64,000 nucleotides of DNA from Candidatus Collierbacteria bacterium RIFOXYD2_FULL_45_13 (GTDB taxonomy: Bacteria > Patescibacteriota > Microgenomatia > UBA1400 > MFAQ01). The stretch is taken from the NCBI GenBank assembly GCA_001774685.1, contig MFAS01000001.1, forward strand, positions 91,489-155,488, read 5' to 3'. Shown here piece by piece: positions 29,269-38,276 of this stretch. Each line of letters begins with the position of its first letter. The stretch's first letter is position 1. Both the position numbers and the translations under genes were made by a program. The notes under the pieces were generated by a model. It was not told the origin of the DNA. It saw only the letters and a list, made by a program, of their open reading frames with translations, and did not search any database.

Positions 29269-30614
29269 TGGACGCTTAAATCTATTTCTTGATTTACCAC
29301 AGGTAATACTACTTTAACACCTTGCAATTCCATGTGAATTTTTTCACTAAGCACCAGTCGTGGAAGTTCTTCTCCATGAACCAATGCGGCCTCTTCTAAA
29401 CCCTCAATCTTTTTCAGCCACGAAATTACTTGTCCTTGATCGGCATGAGCACTCATTGTTTTTATCTCCAATATCTCGGCTTTAATGTTTATCCAGTTTC
29501 CCCAGATATTCACGCTACTCTTTCCATCCAAAATCTCTCTGCCCAGAGTTCCCTCCGCTTGATAACCAACAATCACCAGCTGAGTGTTGGGGTCTCCCAA
29601 GTAGTTAATTGCGTGATGGATAATTCTCCCTCCACTCATCATTCCGCTACCGGCCACTATCACCTTTACTCCCTCATAATTTTTTACCTGCTTACTCTTT
29701 TCAATCGTATCGCATACTACCAACCCTGGAAAATCAAAGGGGTCGTCGGTTTTCACTTGATCTTTAAGCCTCTTACTGAATAGAACTGGAAAATCTTTAA
29801 AAATCATTGTCGCTTTGATAGCCATCGGGCTATCCAGAAAAACCGGCGTCTTGTTGTCCATCTTTCCTTCTTTTTTGAGTTGGTCGAATATATACAAAAG
29901 CTCTTGTGCTCTTTCAATCGAAAACGAAGGAATTAATACTGTTCCACGACTCATCTCGGCTTTTTTAATTATTTTTACCAGATCTCCAACTTCTTCTCTT
30001 GGTCCATGCGTTTCGTCACCATAGGTCGATTCCACCACCGCCACATGTGCTTTATGAACAAAATGGGTTGGTGAAAGCAGGGGTTCCGGTGTATTGCCCA
30101 GATCGCCACTAAAAACCACCCGCTTATTTGTCTTGCGTTCCTCCGCTATTACACTCGCCGATCCCAATATATGGCCGGCATCTACAAAGGTAATGCTGAA
30201 GTCTCCAACATCAAATGGCTTGTCATATTCTACGAGCGATACTTGCTTAAGTATTACTTCCACGTCCTCGTCTGTATACAGTACCGACTTCGCCTCGGCT
30301 TCTTTTGCAATCTTAGCGGCGTCGTGAAGTACTAGTTCGGCCAGTGCTTTGGTAGCCTCCGTCATAAATATCGGACCATTGAAGCCATAGTGCACCAATA
30401 GAGGCAATCTCCCACAATGATCAAGGTGGGCATGGGTCAGCAAGACTGCCGACAATTTATTAAAGTCAATATTTGGCTTAACATTGTTCAAGCCCACCTC
30501 CTCCGGCTTACCCTGGAACATCCCAAAATCCACCATTATCCCAGTATTGTCTCCTGTCAGGAAAAAATTAGATCCTGTGACCGTCTTGGCAGCCCCCAAA
30601 AATTTCAACTTCAT
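29265..30614 (-). CDS. MBL-fold beta-CASP ribonuclease
   Basis: THAHLDHCG, AGHILGS, FSGDLG, ESTYG, MSAHAD. Confidence 0.92.
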   Translation of the reverse strand: MKLKFLGAAKTVTGSNFFLTGDNTGIMVDFGMFQGKPEEVGLNNVKPNIDFNKLSAVLLTHAHLDHCGRLPLLVHYGFNGPIFMTEATKALAELVLHDAAKIAKEAEAKSVLYTDEDVEVILKQVSLVEYDKPFDVGDFSITFVDAGHILGSASVIAEERKTNKRVVFSGDLGNTPEPLLSPTHFVHKAHVAVVESTYGDETHGPREEVGDLVKIIKKAEMSRGTVLIPSFSIERAQELLYIFDQLKKEGKMDNKTPVFLDSPMAIKATMIFKDFPVLFSKRLKDQVKTDDPFDFPGLVVCDTIEKSKQVKNYEGVKVIVAGSGMMSGGRIIHHAINYLGDPNTQLVIVGYQAEGTLGREILDGKSSVNIWGNWINIKAEILEIKTMSAHADQGQVISWLKKIEGLEEAALVHGEELPRLVLSEKIHMELQGVKVVLPVVNQEIDLSVQ

Positions 30615-30658
30615 ATTTTCAGTTTAACAGAACCTCATTTTGCTTGTAGAATGAGTAC

Positions 30659-31414
30659 ATGGACTGCCCGCACTGTCACCATCCACTATCCGCCATCGAA
30701 ATAGAAACTTCTGACGGTCACGGCCACTCCATTGAGGAATGCCTTAATTGTGGTGGACATTTTATTGAATCTTATCTAGCCAACTTTCTTACTCTTGAAA
30801 CCACGCGTAACGTCGACTCTATCATCCCTAAAAGTCGGGCAATCCCCGACACAAACCCCGTCTGTCCAAAATGCGGTCAGCCCATGTCGGGCATCAAGGA
30901 TGATTCCGTTCCTCAAACTGTCACTGTTTTTTCTTGCCCAAACAATCATGGGGATTTTTTCCCCAAGAATCAGCTCTATCTTTTCAAACAAGCTCAGCAA
31001 TCAAAGATATATTTTCACAAACTTTGGGGGATACCTCTAAAATCGGCCTTTGCGGTTCTCATACCCATACTGGTCATCTTTTCCCTTGCCACGCTATTAC
31101 CATCCATCTTGGAACAAGCCACCACTACCCAAGAAACTCGCATCAAAGCCTCTGAGATCCTCACGCCTCCACTTATTACCCCCATCTCCTCTACTCAAGT
31201 CCTCATTTCCTTCTCTACCCAGAAACCAGCCAAAACCTCGGTTCGTTTCACAGAAGGTCTCACCAAAACCTTGATCGTTTCGACGGTGCCTCAAACCAGC
31301 CACCTCCTCAGCATCGAAGATCTCTCTCCAGGCACCTTATTCAAATACATTATCATTATCGACACTGATGGAAAACCGGTCAGCACTTCCGAATACACTT
31401 TCTCCACTCCATAA
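30659..31414 (+). CDS. Double zinc-ribbon (zf-TFIIB-like) membrane protein with C-terminal Fn3-like domain
   Basis: CPHC...CLNC and CPKC...CPNNH; TM; SHLLSIEDLSPGTLFKY. Confidence 0.65.
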   Translation: MDCPHCHHPLSAIEIETSDGHGHSIEECLNCGGHFIESYLANFLTLETTRNVDSIIPKSRAIPDTNPVCPKCGQPMSGIKDDSVPQTVTVFSCPNNHGDFFPKNQLYLFKQAQQSKIYFHKLWGIPLKSAFAVLIPILVIFSLATLLPSILEQATTTQETRIKASEILTPPLITPISSTQVLISFSTQKPAKTSVRFTEGLTKTLIVSTVPQTSHLLSIEDLSPGTLFKYIIIIDTDGKPVSTSEYTFSTP

Positions 31415-32168
31415 GAAGCGCATCCAAAAACGAGTCCTTACTCCCTACGAAATAAACCACTTAAGGAAATATGGACTTCCCCAGATAGATTTAAGTACCA
31501 TCGGAGAAAAGCCGGTGGAATACATCACCGGTCACGCCGAGTTCTATGGTCTGGATTTTTTGGTAAATTCCTCCGTTTTGATTCCTCGTCTTGAATCCGA
31601 GATGATCGTCCGGCTAGCCGTTAATTATATTCAAAAGGAAGAGCTTGCTCATCCTTCAATTGCCGATATCGGCACCGGCTCCGGCTGCCTTGGCCTTTCG
31701 GTTGCCGCCAGTCTTGTCAAACAAAATACGCCCTACACCATCTATCTCTCGGACACTTCGGTCCCGGCACTCAACTTGGCCAGAGAAAACGCCGGACGCA
31801 TCTTAAGTTCACCGGTCAACCTTTTTTTTCAAGAGTCCCATCTCATGGACGATTATCCTCGGATAAAGTTCGATATTATCCTGGCGAATCTTCCCTACAT
31901 TCCTTCCAAAAATATCACCAAGCTCCCAAGGTCGGTAAGAGATTTTGAGCCACTATCGGCCCTAAACGGAGGTCCAGATGGCACCACGGTCATCAATCGG
32001 CTGTTATCCCAAATTCCTCAATATATATCCGACAGAGGTATCGCCATCATCGAAATCGATGATACTCACGATCTAAATAGTTTTTCCCTCCCCGAAAAAC
32101 TTCAAGCTTCACTCACAAGGGATCTATTTGATGTCCCTCGCTTTCTGATAGTCAGCCTAAAAGTATAA
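31368..32168 (+). CDS. prmC: Release factor glutamine methyltransferase PrmC/HemK
   Basis: PVEYITG, VLIPRLESE, DIGTGSG, ANLPYI, EPLSALNGG. Confidence 0.9.
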   Translation: MENRSALPNTLSPLHKKRIQKRVLTPYEINHLRKYGLPQIDLSTIGEKPVEYITGHAEFYGLDFLVNSSVLIPRLESEMIVRLAVNYIQKEELAHPSIADIGTGSGCLGLSVAASLVKQNTPYTIYLSDTSVPALNLARENAGRILSSPVNLFFQESHLMDDYPRIKFDIILANLPYIPSKNITKLPRSVRDFEPLSALNGGPDGTTVINRLLSQIPQYISDRGIAIIEIDDTHDLNSFSLPEKLQASLTRDLFDVPRFLIVSLKV

Positions 32169-32187
32169 TATTTGTTACAATTACTAC

Positions 32188-32844
32188 ATGAACAAGTCCT
32201 TGGTGATTAGTCTCACGGTAATTGTTCTTTCCTTTTTCATGATCCGAGTCACCGACCAGACCAATCATTATGAAGTCCAGTCCGGTTACGATCCTTCGTT
32301 GTCCGGTGCCATTTTTGACAATACACCTGTCAACCCCCCTCCATACATTGCCGACATTCCAATTCCCCCAAAGGTTTTAGGGGACTCCACCGCCGAAAAG
32401 ATTATCTATGTAGACCTAACCAACCAAAGGTTATACGCCTACGAAGGGAATAATTTGGTTTACAACTTTTTAGTTTCTACCGGTAAGTGGGGACGAACTC
32501 CAATCGGAACCTTCCAAATTGCCAATAAATTCCGCTTCATAAAAATGAGTGGTGGATCAGCTGCACTTCACACTTACTACTATCTCCCCAACGTTCCTTA
32601 CACCATGTTTTTTGGAAACAGCCAGATTCCAGCCTCTAGAGGGTTCTCCCTTCACGGCACCTACTGGCATAACAATTTTGGACACCCCATGTCCCACGGC
32701 TGTGTGAACATGAAGATTTCAGAGGCCGGCATAATATACAACTGGGCAGATCCCAAACTCCCAGAAGGTAAGAATTCCGGGGTCGCCACCAAAGACAACC
32801 CGGGCACTCAGGTTGTAATCTACGGTACTACACCCAAATCCTGA
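32188..32844 (+). CDS. L,D-transpeptidase (YkuD)
   Basis: VDLTNQRLYAY, VSTG, LHGTYWH...SHGCVN. Confidence 0.92.
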   Translation: MNKSLVISLTVIVLSFFMIRVTDQTNHYEVQSGYDPSLSGAIFDNTPVNPPPYIADIPIPPKVLGDSTAEKIIYVDLTNQRLYAYEGNNLVYNFLVSTGKWGRTPIGTFQIANKFRFIKMSGGSAALHTYYYLPNVPYTMFFGNSQIPASRGFSLHGTYWHNNFGHPMSHGCVNMKISEAGIIYNWADPKLPEGKNSGVATKDNPGTQVVIYGTTPKS

Positions 32845-32903
32845 AGGAATAAGGTTATCTGGCTTGCTAATATAAAAATATAGTTGTTATAATACAAGCC
32901 TAT

Positions 32904-33554
32904 ATGACCAAAGCCAAATTCTCTCAGATTAAGAAGTTTTTCTCTCATTTCCCAACCAAGAAATTTGCCAAAGGAGCTACCATCTTTAAACCAGGAGATA
33001 AAATTGAGGAGATATATTTTAGCAAATCTGGTTTTGGCCGAGCTTACACTAAAACCAATTTTGGCGAAAACACTCTTAACGTGTTCAAACCAATGTTCTT
33101 AATTTCAGTAATCCACCATTTCACCGCGGCACGCAACGACTTCTACTTTCAAGCACTGACACCCGTCGAGGTTTATGTTATTCCCAAATCAGAGTTTCAA
33201 AAATATCTGGCAGATAACCCAGAAAAGTTTCATCTAATAATGGATTATTTTTTTAGTTCCCTCCTTTTGTTTTTTTCTAATCAAGGAAAAATCATTAACG
33301 GTAGTGCCATTAACAAAGTCGCCTCCGTTCTTCTCCAGTTATCTCATGACTACGGAGACATCAAAGACGCTCAGCTGGTGGTCGGCTTCCCTGCCACCCA
33401 TCGAATCGTTGCCAACCTAGTTGGTCTAACCAGAGAAACTACAAGTGTCCAAATGAGCAGACTCCAAAAGCTAGGCGTCATTTCCACCAAACGCAGTCAT
33501 TTCACTGTCAAGAATCTGGAAAAACTCCGCAGTCTGGCCGAACTGGGCGAATAA
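32904..33554 (+). CDS. Crp/Fnr family transcriptional regulator
   Basis: cNMP-like N-domain plus HTH ANLVGLTRETTS. Confidence 0.88.
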   Translation: MTKAKFSQIKKFFSHFPTKKFAKGATIFKPGDKIEEIYFSKSGFGRAYTKTNFGENTLNVFKPMFLISVIHHFTAARNDFYFQALTPVEVYVIPKSEFQKYLADNPEKFHLIMDYFFSSLLLFFSNQGKIINGSAINKVASVLLQLSHDYGDIKDAQLVVGFPATHRIVANLVGLTRETTSVQMSRLQKLGVISTKRSHFTVKNLEKLRSLAELGE

Positions 33555-33565
33555 ATCCAATCAAA

Positions 33566-34954
33566 TCACAGTTGCCATATCGTCAGGAGACCGAAAGAGG
33601 TTAAAAAAACTATTGTCGCCACAATCACTCCTTTTCTCCATCCTGATGGTCTAAGTTTCTGATGAAGTGAAGTTGTATTCATCCACAAAATCAGTATTGA
33701 ATAAATTACCATCGTCCAGGCATTAAGGACTGCACTAATTAGAACTAGCTGAAGTGGCTCTTTAAACCCCAACGCCATGACCAAAAGCATCAAACCAATC
33801 TGAAGCCACAACAAAGTATAAAAATACCTGGGTAATTTTTTTGATTCGAATTTTTCAAAGTTTAGAATTGCCCAATTTTCAGCCAATATCTTTCCGGTGG
33901 TCCCCAAAACGGACAACTGTGTCGCAAAAAGCATTAACCCCAAGACAACCAGAAATAGATTACCCATTACTTGATGAGTCAGCTGGCCGATTATTCCGGC
34001 TTCGGCAATTACAAAGTCCACCCCTTTCAGGCTTCCTGTCTTATGATAAATAGTTTCATACGCCAAAAGAGATAGCGACACCATCGTGATCACTCCGGTC
34101 ACCCAAAAGATTAAGCCCTGTTCCCAATTTGTTAGTCTCCACCATTTAGAGAACAACTTTAGGCTGTGGTCATTTACTTCAAAATCTTTTCCCGTTAATC
34201 TTATTTCTTCTTTGTTTCCTGTCAACAGACTTGTAATTCTTCCCGAACCATGACCCATACCATACCCTTTTTCCTTGATATTTTGCGATTGGCCAAGATT
34301 CAGGTTTCCTCCAGCTCCGGAAAATACGATAGCGCCCAAAAACGCTGACGCCTGTAGCCCCACTGGAATGAACCAGTAAGCATCTCCTTTCCCCACCAGT
34401 CCTAATGCCAAATCTGATAGTCCATTCCTTGATGCCAACCACCATGAAATACCCAAAATAAAAGGTACCCCAAAGACAAGGAGTGTCTTTTCCAATTTTT
34501 CCTGTGTACCATACAACACCGGACCCAAGCTCAAAATCGCTCCAATTACGAGCAAAGCTACTACACCAACTGGTTCCGATTTGCCCCAACCCAGACCGGC
34601 AGTTAACAATCTTGATCCGGCCAAAGTTATTCCTGGCCACATCCAGGGTACTACCGTTGACAGGATAAACCACACCGGAATCACCTTCCCCAGTTTTCGC
34701 GTCAAGCCCACAAACACACTTTCCCCAGTAACTAATGTATACCGGCTGATTTCCATGTTAATAAACCACTGCATAGTGATGCCGGCTACAGCCCCCCATA
34801 TTATTCCCAGTCCATAATTGGCCGTTAAATAGGGCCACAAGATTAGTTCCCCAATTCCCAGACCTAAACCCAAGAGAATAAAGCTGGGCCCCGCCATCCT
34901 CCAAAAAGAGGGTGGTTCAACCAAAACCGATCTTATCAGTGGAGTTATTTTCAT
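33566..34954 (-). CDS. Nramp-like/APC superfamily transporter
   Basis: GPSFILLGLGLGIGELILWP, RYTLVTGE, about 11 TM segments. Confidence 0.75.
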   Translation of the reverse strand: MKITPLIRSVLVEPPSFWRMAGPSFILLGLGLGIGELILWPYLTANYGLGIIWGAVAGITMQWFINMEISRYTLVTGESVFVGLTRKLGKVIPVWFILSTVVPWMWPGITLAGSRLLTAGLGWGKSEPVGVVALLVIGAILSLGPVLYGTQEKLEKTLLVFGVPFILGISWWLASRNGLSDLALGLVGKGDAYWFIPVGLQASAFLGAIVFSGAGGNLNLGQSQNIKEKGYGMGHGSGRITSLLTGNKEEIRLTGKDFEVNDHSLKLFSKWWRLTNWEQGLIFWVTGVITMVSLSLLAYETIYHKTGSLKGVDFVIAEAGIIGQLTHQVMGNLFLVVLGLMLFATQLSVLGTTGKILAENWAILNFEKFESKKLPRYFYTLLWLQIGLMLLVMALGFKEPLQLVLISAVLNAWTMVIYSILILWMNTTSLHQKLRPSGWRKGVIVATIVFLTSFGLLTIWQL

Positions 34955-34961
34955 TTATTTA

Positions 34962-35765
34962 ATGTTACACTACGCACCTCGTATAATAGTATTAGTGACA
35001 TTTTTCCAGGCCATTATTCTTGCCATTGTTGAAGGGCTCACCGAGTTCTTGCCCATTTCCAGCACTGGGCATCTCATTCTTATTCAAAGATATCTTTCTA
35101 TCACAAGTTCAGAGTTCTCCAAAACATTTGATATTGTCATTCAATTATCTGCAATCCTAGCCGTAGTGTGGATTTATCGAAAAACTCTTTTTTCACAGTT
35201 TGGGATATGGAAGCAAAGTATGGTTGCATTCATCCCTACAGGTATTATCGGTTTTCTCTTTTACAAATTAATTCGCAATGTATTATTAGAAGAACCAATC
35301 ATCATCGTTTACTCTCTGTTTATCGGTGGTGTAATTCTTCTGGTAGTAGACAAACTAACAAAGATCAATCGGGGACAGGGGCGGATATTGAATCTACCGC
35401 CCAACAAACTTATATTCATTGGGATTTTGCAATCAATTTCCGTAATACCCGGTGTTTCCCGTTCAGCCACCGCCATCATTGGCGGTCTCAGCACAGGACT
35501 TTCTAGATCACAAGCCGTTGAGTTTTCTTTCTTTCTTGCCATTCCCACCATGTTTGCGGCCGCCGGATTTGATCTTCTAAAGTCCGGAATGTCCTTTTCC
35601 GCTCAAGAGTATTCGGTGTTGCTGGTTGGGTGTTTTTTTTCATTCATTTCGGCTCTGATCGCTGTCAGATTCTTTATTGATTATGTCCAAAAAAATAACT
35701 TCACCTCTTTTGCCATTTACCGTATCGTTCTGGCTTTAGTCGTGTTACTCACCATGAAAGCTTAA
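34962..35765 (+). CDS. uppP: Undecaprenyl-diphosphatase (start probably the GTG near 34995)
   Basis: VEGLTEFLPISSTGHL, IPGVSRS, AVEFSFFLAIP. Confidence 0.95.
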   Translation: MLHYAPRIIVLVTFFQAIILAIVEGLTEFLPISSTGHLILIQRYLSITSSEFSKTFDIVIQLSAILAVVWIYRKTLFSQFGIWKQSMVAFIPTGIIGFLFYKLIRNVLLEEPIIIVYSLFIGGVILLVVDKLTKINRGQGRILNLPPNKLIFIGILQSISVIPGVSRSATAIIGGLSTGLSRSQAVEFSFFLAIPTMFAAAGFDLLKSGMSFSAQEYSVLLVGCFFSFISALIAVRFFIDYVQKNNFTSFAIYRIVLALVVLLTMKA

Positions 35766-35784
35766 ACCCCTTCTTTTTTTTATC

Positions 35785-35812
35785 AAAAAAATAGGGCCCT
35801 GACCGGCCCTAT
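35785..35812. terminator. Hairpin terminator between convergent genes
   Basis: ATAGGGCC-CTGACC-GGCCCTAT with a flanking A-run. Confidence 0.55.
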
Positions 35813-35826
35813 CTTCTTGCAGCTCA

Positions 35827-36048
35827 TTATCTTTTCAACAGCCTCTTCTTGGTGGCGACAACTTTTTTTTTGGCTTTAGCCACTTCCGCCTTTCCCTTTT
35901 TTATAGCTACACCAACCGTCTTTTGCACCTTTTCTCGATTCTCTTTCTTGGACATAAACACCGCTGCAGCGCCGGCAGCAACACCTATCACCGCGGCTCC
36001 GACAGCACCCAACATACCGATTTTATTTTTTTTGGCAGGCCTTCTCAT
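35827..36048 (-). CDS. Small basic YtxH-like protein
   Basis: Ala/Gly-rich TM followed by a Lys-rich tail. Confidence 0.6.
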   Translation of the reverse strand: MRRPAKKNKIGMLGAVGAAVIGVAAGAAAVFMSKKENREKVQKTVGVAIKKGKAEVAKAKKKVVATKKRLLKR

Positions 36049-36157
36049 TTTTTTTCAGATTATTAATAGTTTCATTCTACACAATCTCAAGTCAGCTCGC
36101 AAATGTCAAACCAAAAATCCCCATTCCAATAATTATTTTAATATAATGGAATAACAA

Positions 36158-36721
36158 ATGAATAATAAAGTATTCAAAGCTATCCGTAACGTTACTCTTA
36201 TTATCTTTACCCTTGGTCTTCCAATCGCTTTGCTTGTATATTTTCGGAGAGACTTTAAGACCTTGGAACAAATGATTCCAACCACCGGATTAGCCGGTCC
36301 GCTTTTCTCCATCATATTAATGGGCATTCTGTCTGCGACGCCGATACCGACAGACCCCATTGTCATCCTAAATGGAGCCATTTTTGGACCTATTGTCGGA
36401 GTGTTGGTTTCCTGGATGGGCAACAACCTCGCTGCAGCCATCGAATATTTCATCGGCAAAGGCATTGGCCACATTGCTGATTTTGACAAACAAAAAAAGA
36501 CCATGCCTTTTGGTCTCAACAAATTTCCGGCCGACTCCATTGCCTTCCTCTTCTTGGGCCGCTTTGTTCCCCAAGTAGGTGGAAAGGTTGTCTCCATTAC
36601 CGCAGGTGTCTACCACGTTCCCTACTGGCGCTACCTTTGGACAGCTGTCCTCAGTAATCTCTTTGGTTCTGTCGTTCTCGCTCTGGGAGGATACTCCATC
36701 CTCCATAATTTTCTCAAGTAA
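36158..36721 (+). CDS. TVP38/VTT (DedA superfamily) membrane protein
   Basis: PIPTD...GAIFG, FLGRFVP, AGVYHVPYWRY. Confidence 0.8.
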   Translation: MNNKVFKAIRNVTLIIFTLGLPIALLVYFRRDFKTLEQMIPTTGLAGPLFSIILMGILSATPIPTDPIVILNGAIFGPIVGVLVSWMGNNLAAAIEYFIGKGIGHIADFDKQKKTMPFGLNKFPADSIAFLFLGRFVPQVGGKVVSITAGVYHVPYWRYLWTAVLSNLFGSVVLALGGYSILHNFLK

Positions 36722-36725
36722 CTAA

Positions 36726-37346
36726 TTATAAGTACTTCGTAAACCATAACGTTGTCAAATCAGACACCTTCTCCATAGCACCATCCTCTTCAAACAGATG
36801 CGTTGCCCCTGCAACGATTTCCATCTTTTTTATACATCCCAGTTTTTGGTAAGCCAGTCGGTTATAGCCTATCACCTGCTTGTCTTCTCCACCAACAATC
36901 AAAAGCGTTGGAGACTCGATTAAATCCAAAATATCAACAGCTAAGTCCGGTCTCCCCCCTTGCGACACCACTGCCTTGATTTTTGTGCCCCAGTATGCCG
37001 CCGCCGAAAGAGCCGTCGCGGATCCTGTACTGGTTCCAAAGTAACCGAAAAGGCACCCCTTTAGTCTTTCTTCCTCCGTGCACCATTTGGTTACTGCGAT
37101 CAGTCTTTCTGTGAGCAACTCTATATTAAATCTATTTTCTTCACTCTCATCCTCTTTTTCTGATAACAAATCAAAAAGTAAGGTACCCATTCCAAGTTTC
37201 TGTAGCTCTTTGGCTACATAATTATTTCTCAGCGAGTATCTTCCACCCCCACTACCATGAGTAAAGATCACGAAGCTCTTATTTTGAATCGGTAGGTTCA
37301 GCACTCCCTTGAGGTCAATGTTCTGGACTGGGATTTCAATTTCCAT
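36726..37346 (-). CDS. Dienelactone-hydrolase-like alpha/beta hydrolase
   Basis: FTHGSG, GYFGTSTG, VVSQGGRPDLA, PTLLIVGGED, GATHLFEE. Confidence 0.85.
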   Translation of the reverse strand: MEIEIPVQNIDLKGVLNLPIQNKSFVIFTHGSGGGRYSLRNNYVAKELQKLGMGTLLFDLLSEKEDESEENRFNIELLTERLIAVTKWCTEEERLKGCLFGYFGTSTGSATALSAAAYWGTKIKAVVSQGGRPDLAVDILDLIESPTLLIVGGEDKQVIGYNRLAYQKLGCIKKMEIVAGATHLFEEDGAMEKVSDLTTLWFTKYL

Positions 37347-37412
37347 CTACTTAAAATATAACAAATCATACATCCCAAACTCAATAGCTTGAAAGTTTGA
37401 CCCAACTGATAC

Positions 37413-37440
37413 TTGACAAGGAGAATTTAGGTGGTAACAT
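37413..37440 (+). promoter_or_regulatory. Sigma70-type promoter of the four-gene operon
   Basis: TTGACA (37413), 16-bp spacer, TG-extended TAACAT (37435). Confidence 0.6.
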
Positions 37441-37460
37441 AAGTGTACTGAGTACACTAA
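37440..37460. promoter_or_regulatory. Palindromic operator, NrtR-box-like (GT-N7-AC)
   Basis: TAAGTGTACTGAGTACACTAA; perfect IR AGTGTACT-G-AGTACACT immediately after the -10. Confidence 0.6.
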
Positions 37461-37523
37461 GTAGCCTATATTGTTTAGGGCTTGGAGCTCTGTTCATTGA
37501 CAACTTAACTAGAAGGAGCACTC

Positions 37524-38261
37524 ATGCAGCCTCAGTTTACCCTCAAAACGGGAAAGGTAATTGGACGTAGCCATATTCTTGCCGGGAAAAATTGCCAAGA
37601 TTCGCTTAAGACAGCTATCACGGTAGTGGGTGTCCACCAATACCTTGTTGGTTGGATCAGTGATGGTTGCTCCGAAGGAGCACACAGCGAAATTGGTTCA
37701 AATCTAGCAACCGAATTTCTTCTGAACCGCACCCTAGATTATCTTGCCGATGATATTCCCCTAGAAATCATTCACCTCTTTCTTTTTGAAGACCTGCTCT
37801 CTTTTCTAAAATCAAACTTATTGAGCCAATCCCTAAAAACTCCTCAGAAACAGGCTCTTTACATCAAAGATTTTCTTCTCTTTACCCTTGTGGGATTTAT
37901 CATTGGCCCAAAAAACAGCACTGTAATGGCCTATGGAGACGGCTTGGTAATCATCAACGATGAAGTTTACAAAAGAGATTATCATGACGAATCCCCTTAT
38001 CCGGGATATCTGCTGATCGATCAGAAGTATCTTGACCCAAATCGGCGACCCATCGGCCAGGAATTCGATATTTACATGGTAAAAACCGCGAATATCAAGA
38101 AACTGGCGATCGGTAGCGATGCCTGGCTTCAAGAGTTTGACTTAGTTTCTCATGTCTGGGGACATAAACACCCCAACCAAGTTCAAAGAAACATGAACAT
38201 CTGGTCAGACGAAAAAAAATTGGCAGACGATGCCTCAATCATCGTTGTCGAAGCAGGCTAG
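37524..38261 (+). CDS. PP2C-like phosphatase (TerY-P/YegK type)
   Basis: VIGRSH...NCQD, ISDGCS, YGDG, GSDA, ADDASI; AGAAGGAG RBS. Confidence 0.85.
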   Translation: MQPQFTLKTGKVIGRSHILAGKNCQDSLKTAITVVGVHQYLVGWISDGCSEGAHSEIGSNLATEFLLNRTLDYLADDIPLEIIHLFLFEDLLSFLKSNLLSQSLKTPQKQALYIKDFLLFTLVGFIIGPKNSTVMAYGDGLVIINDEVYKRDYHDESPYPGYLLIDQKYLDPNRRPIGQEFDIYMVKTANIKKLAIGSDAWLQEFDLVSHVWGHKHPNQVQRNMNIWSDEKKLADDASIIVVEAG

Positions 38262-38276
38262 TAGAAAGGAGGTATC

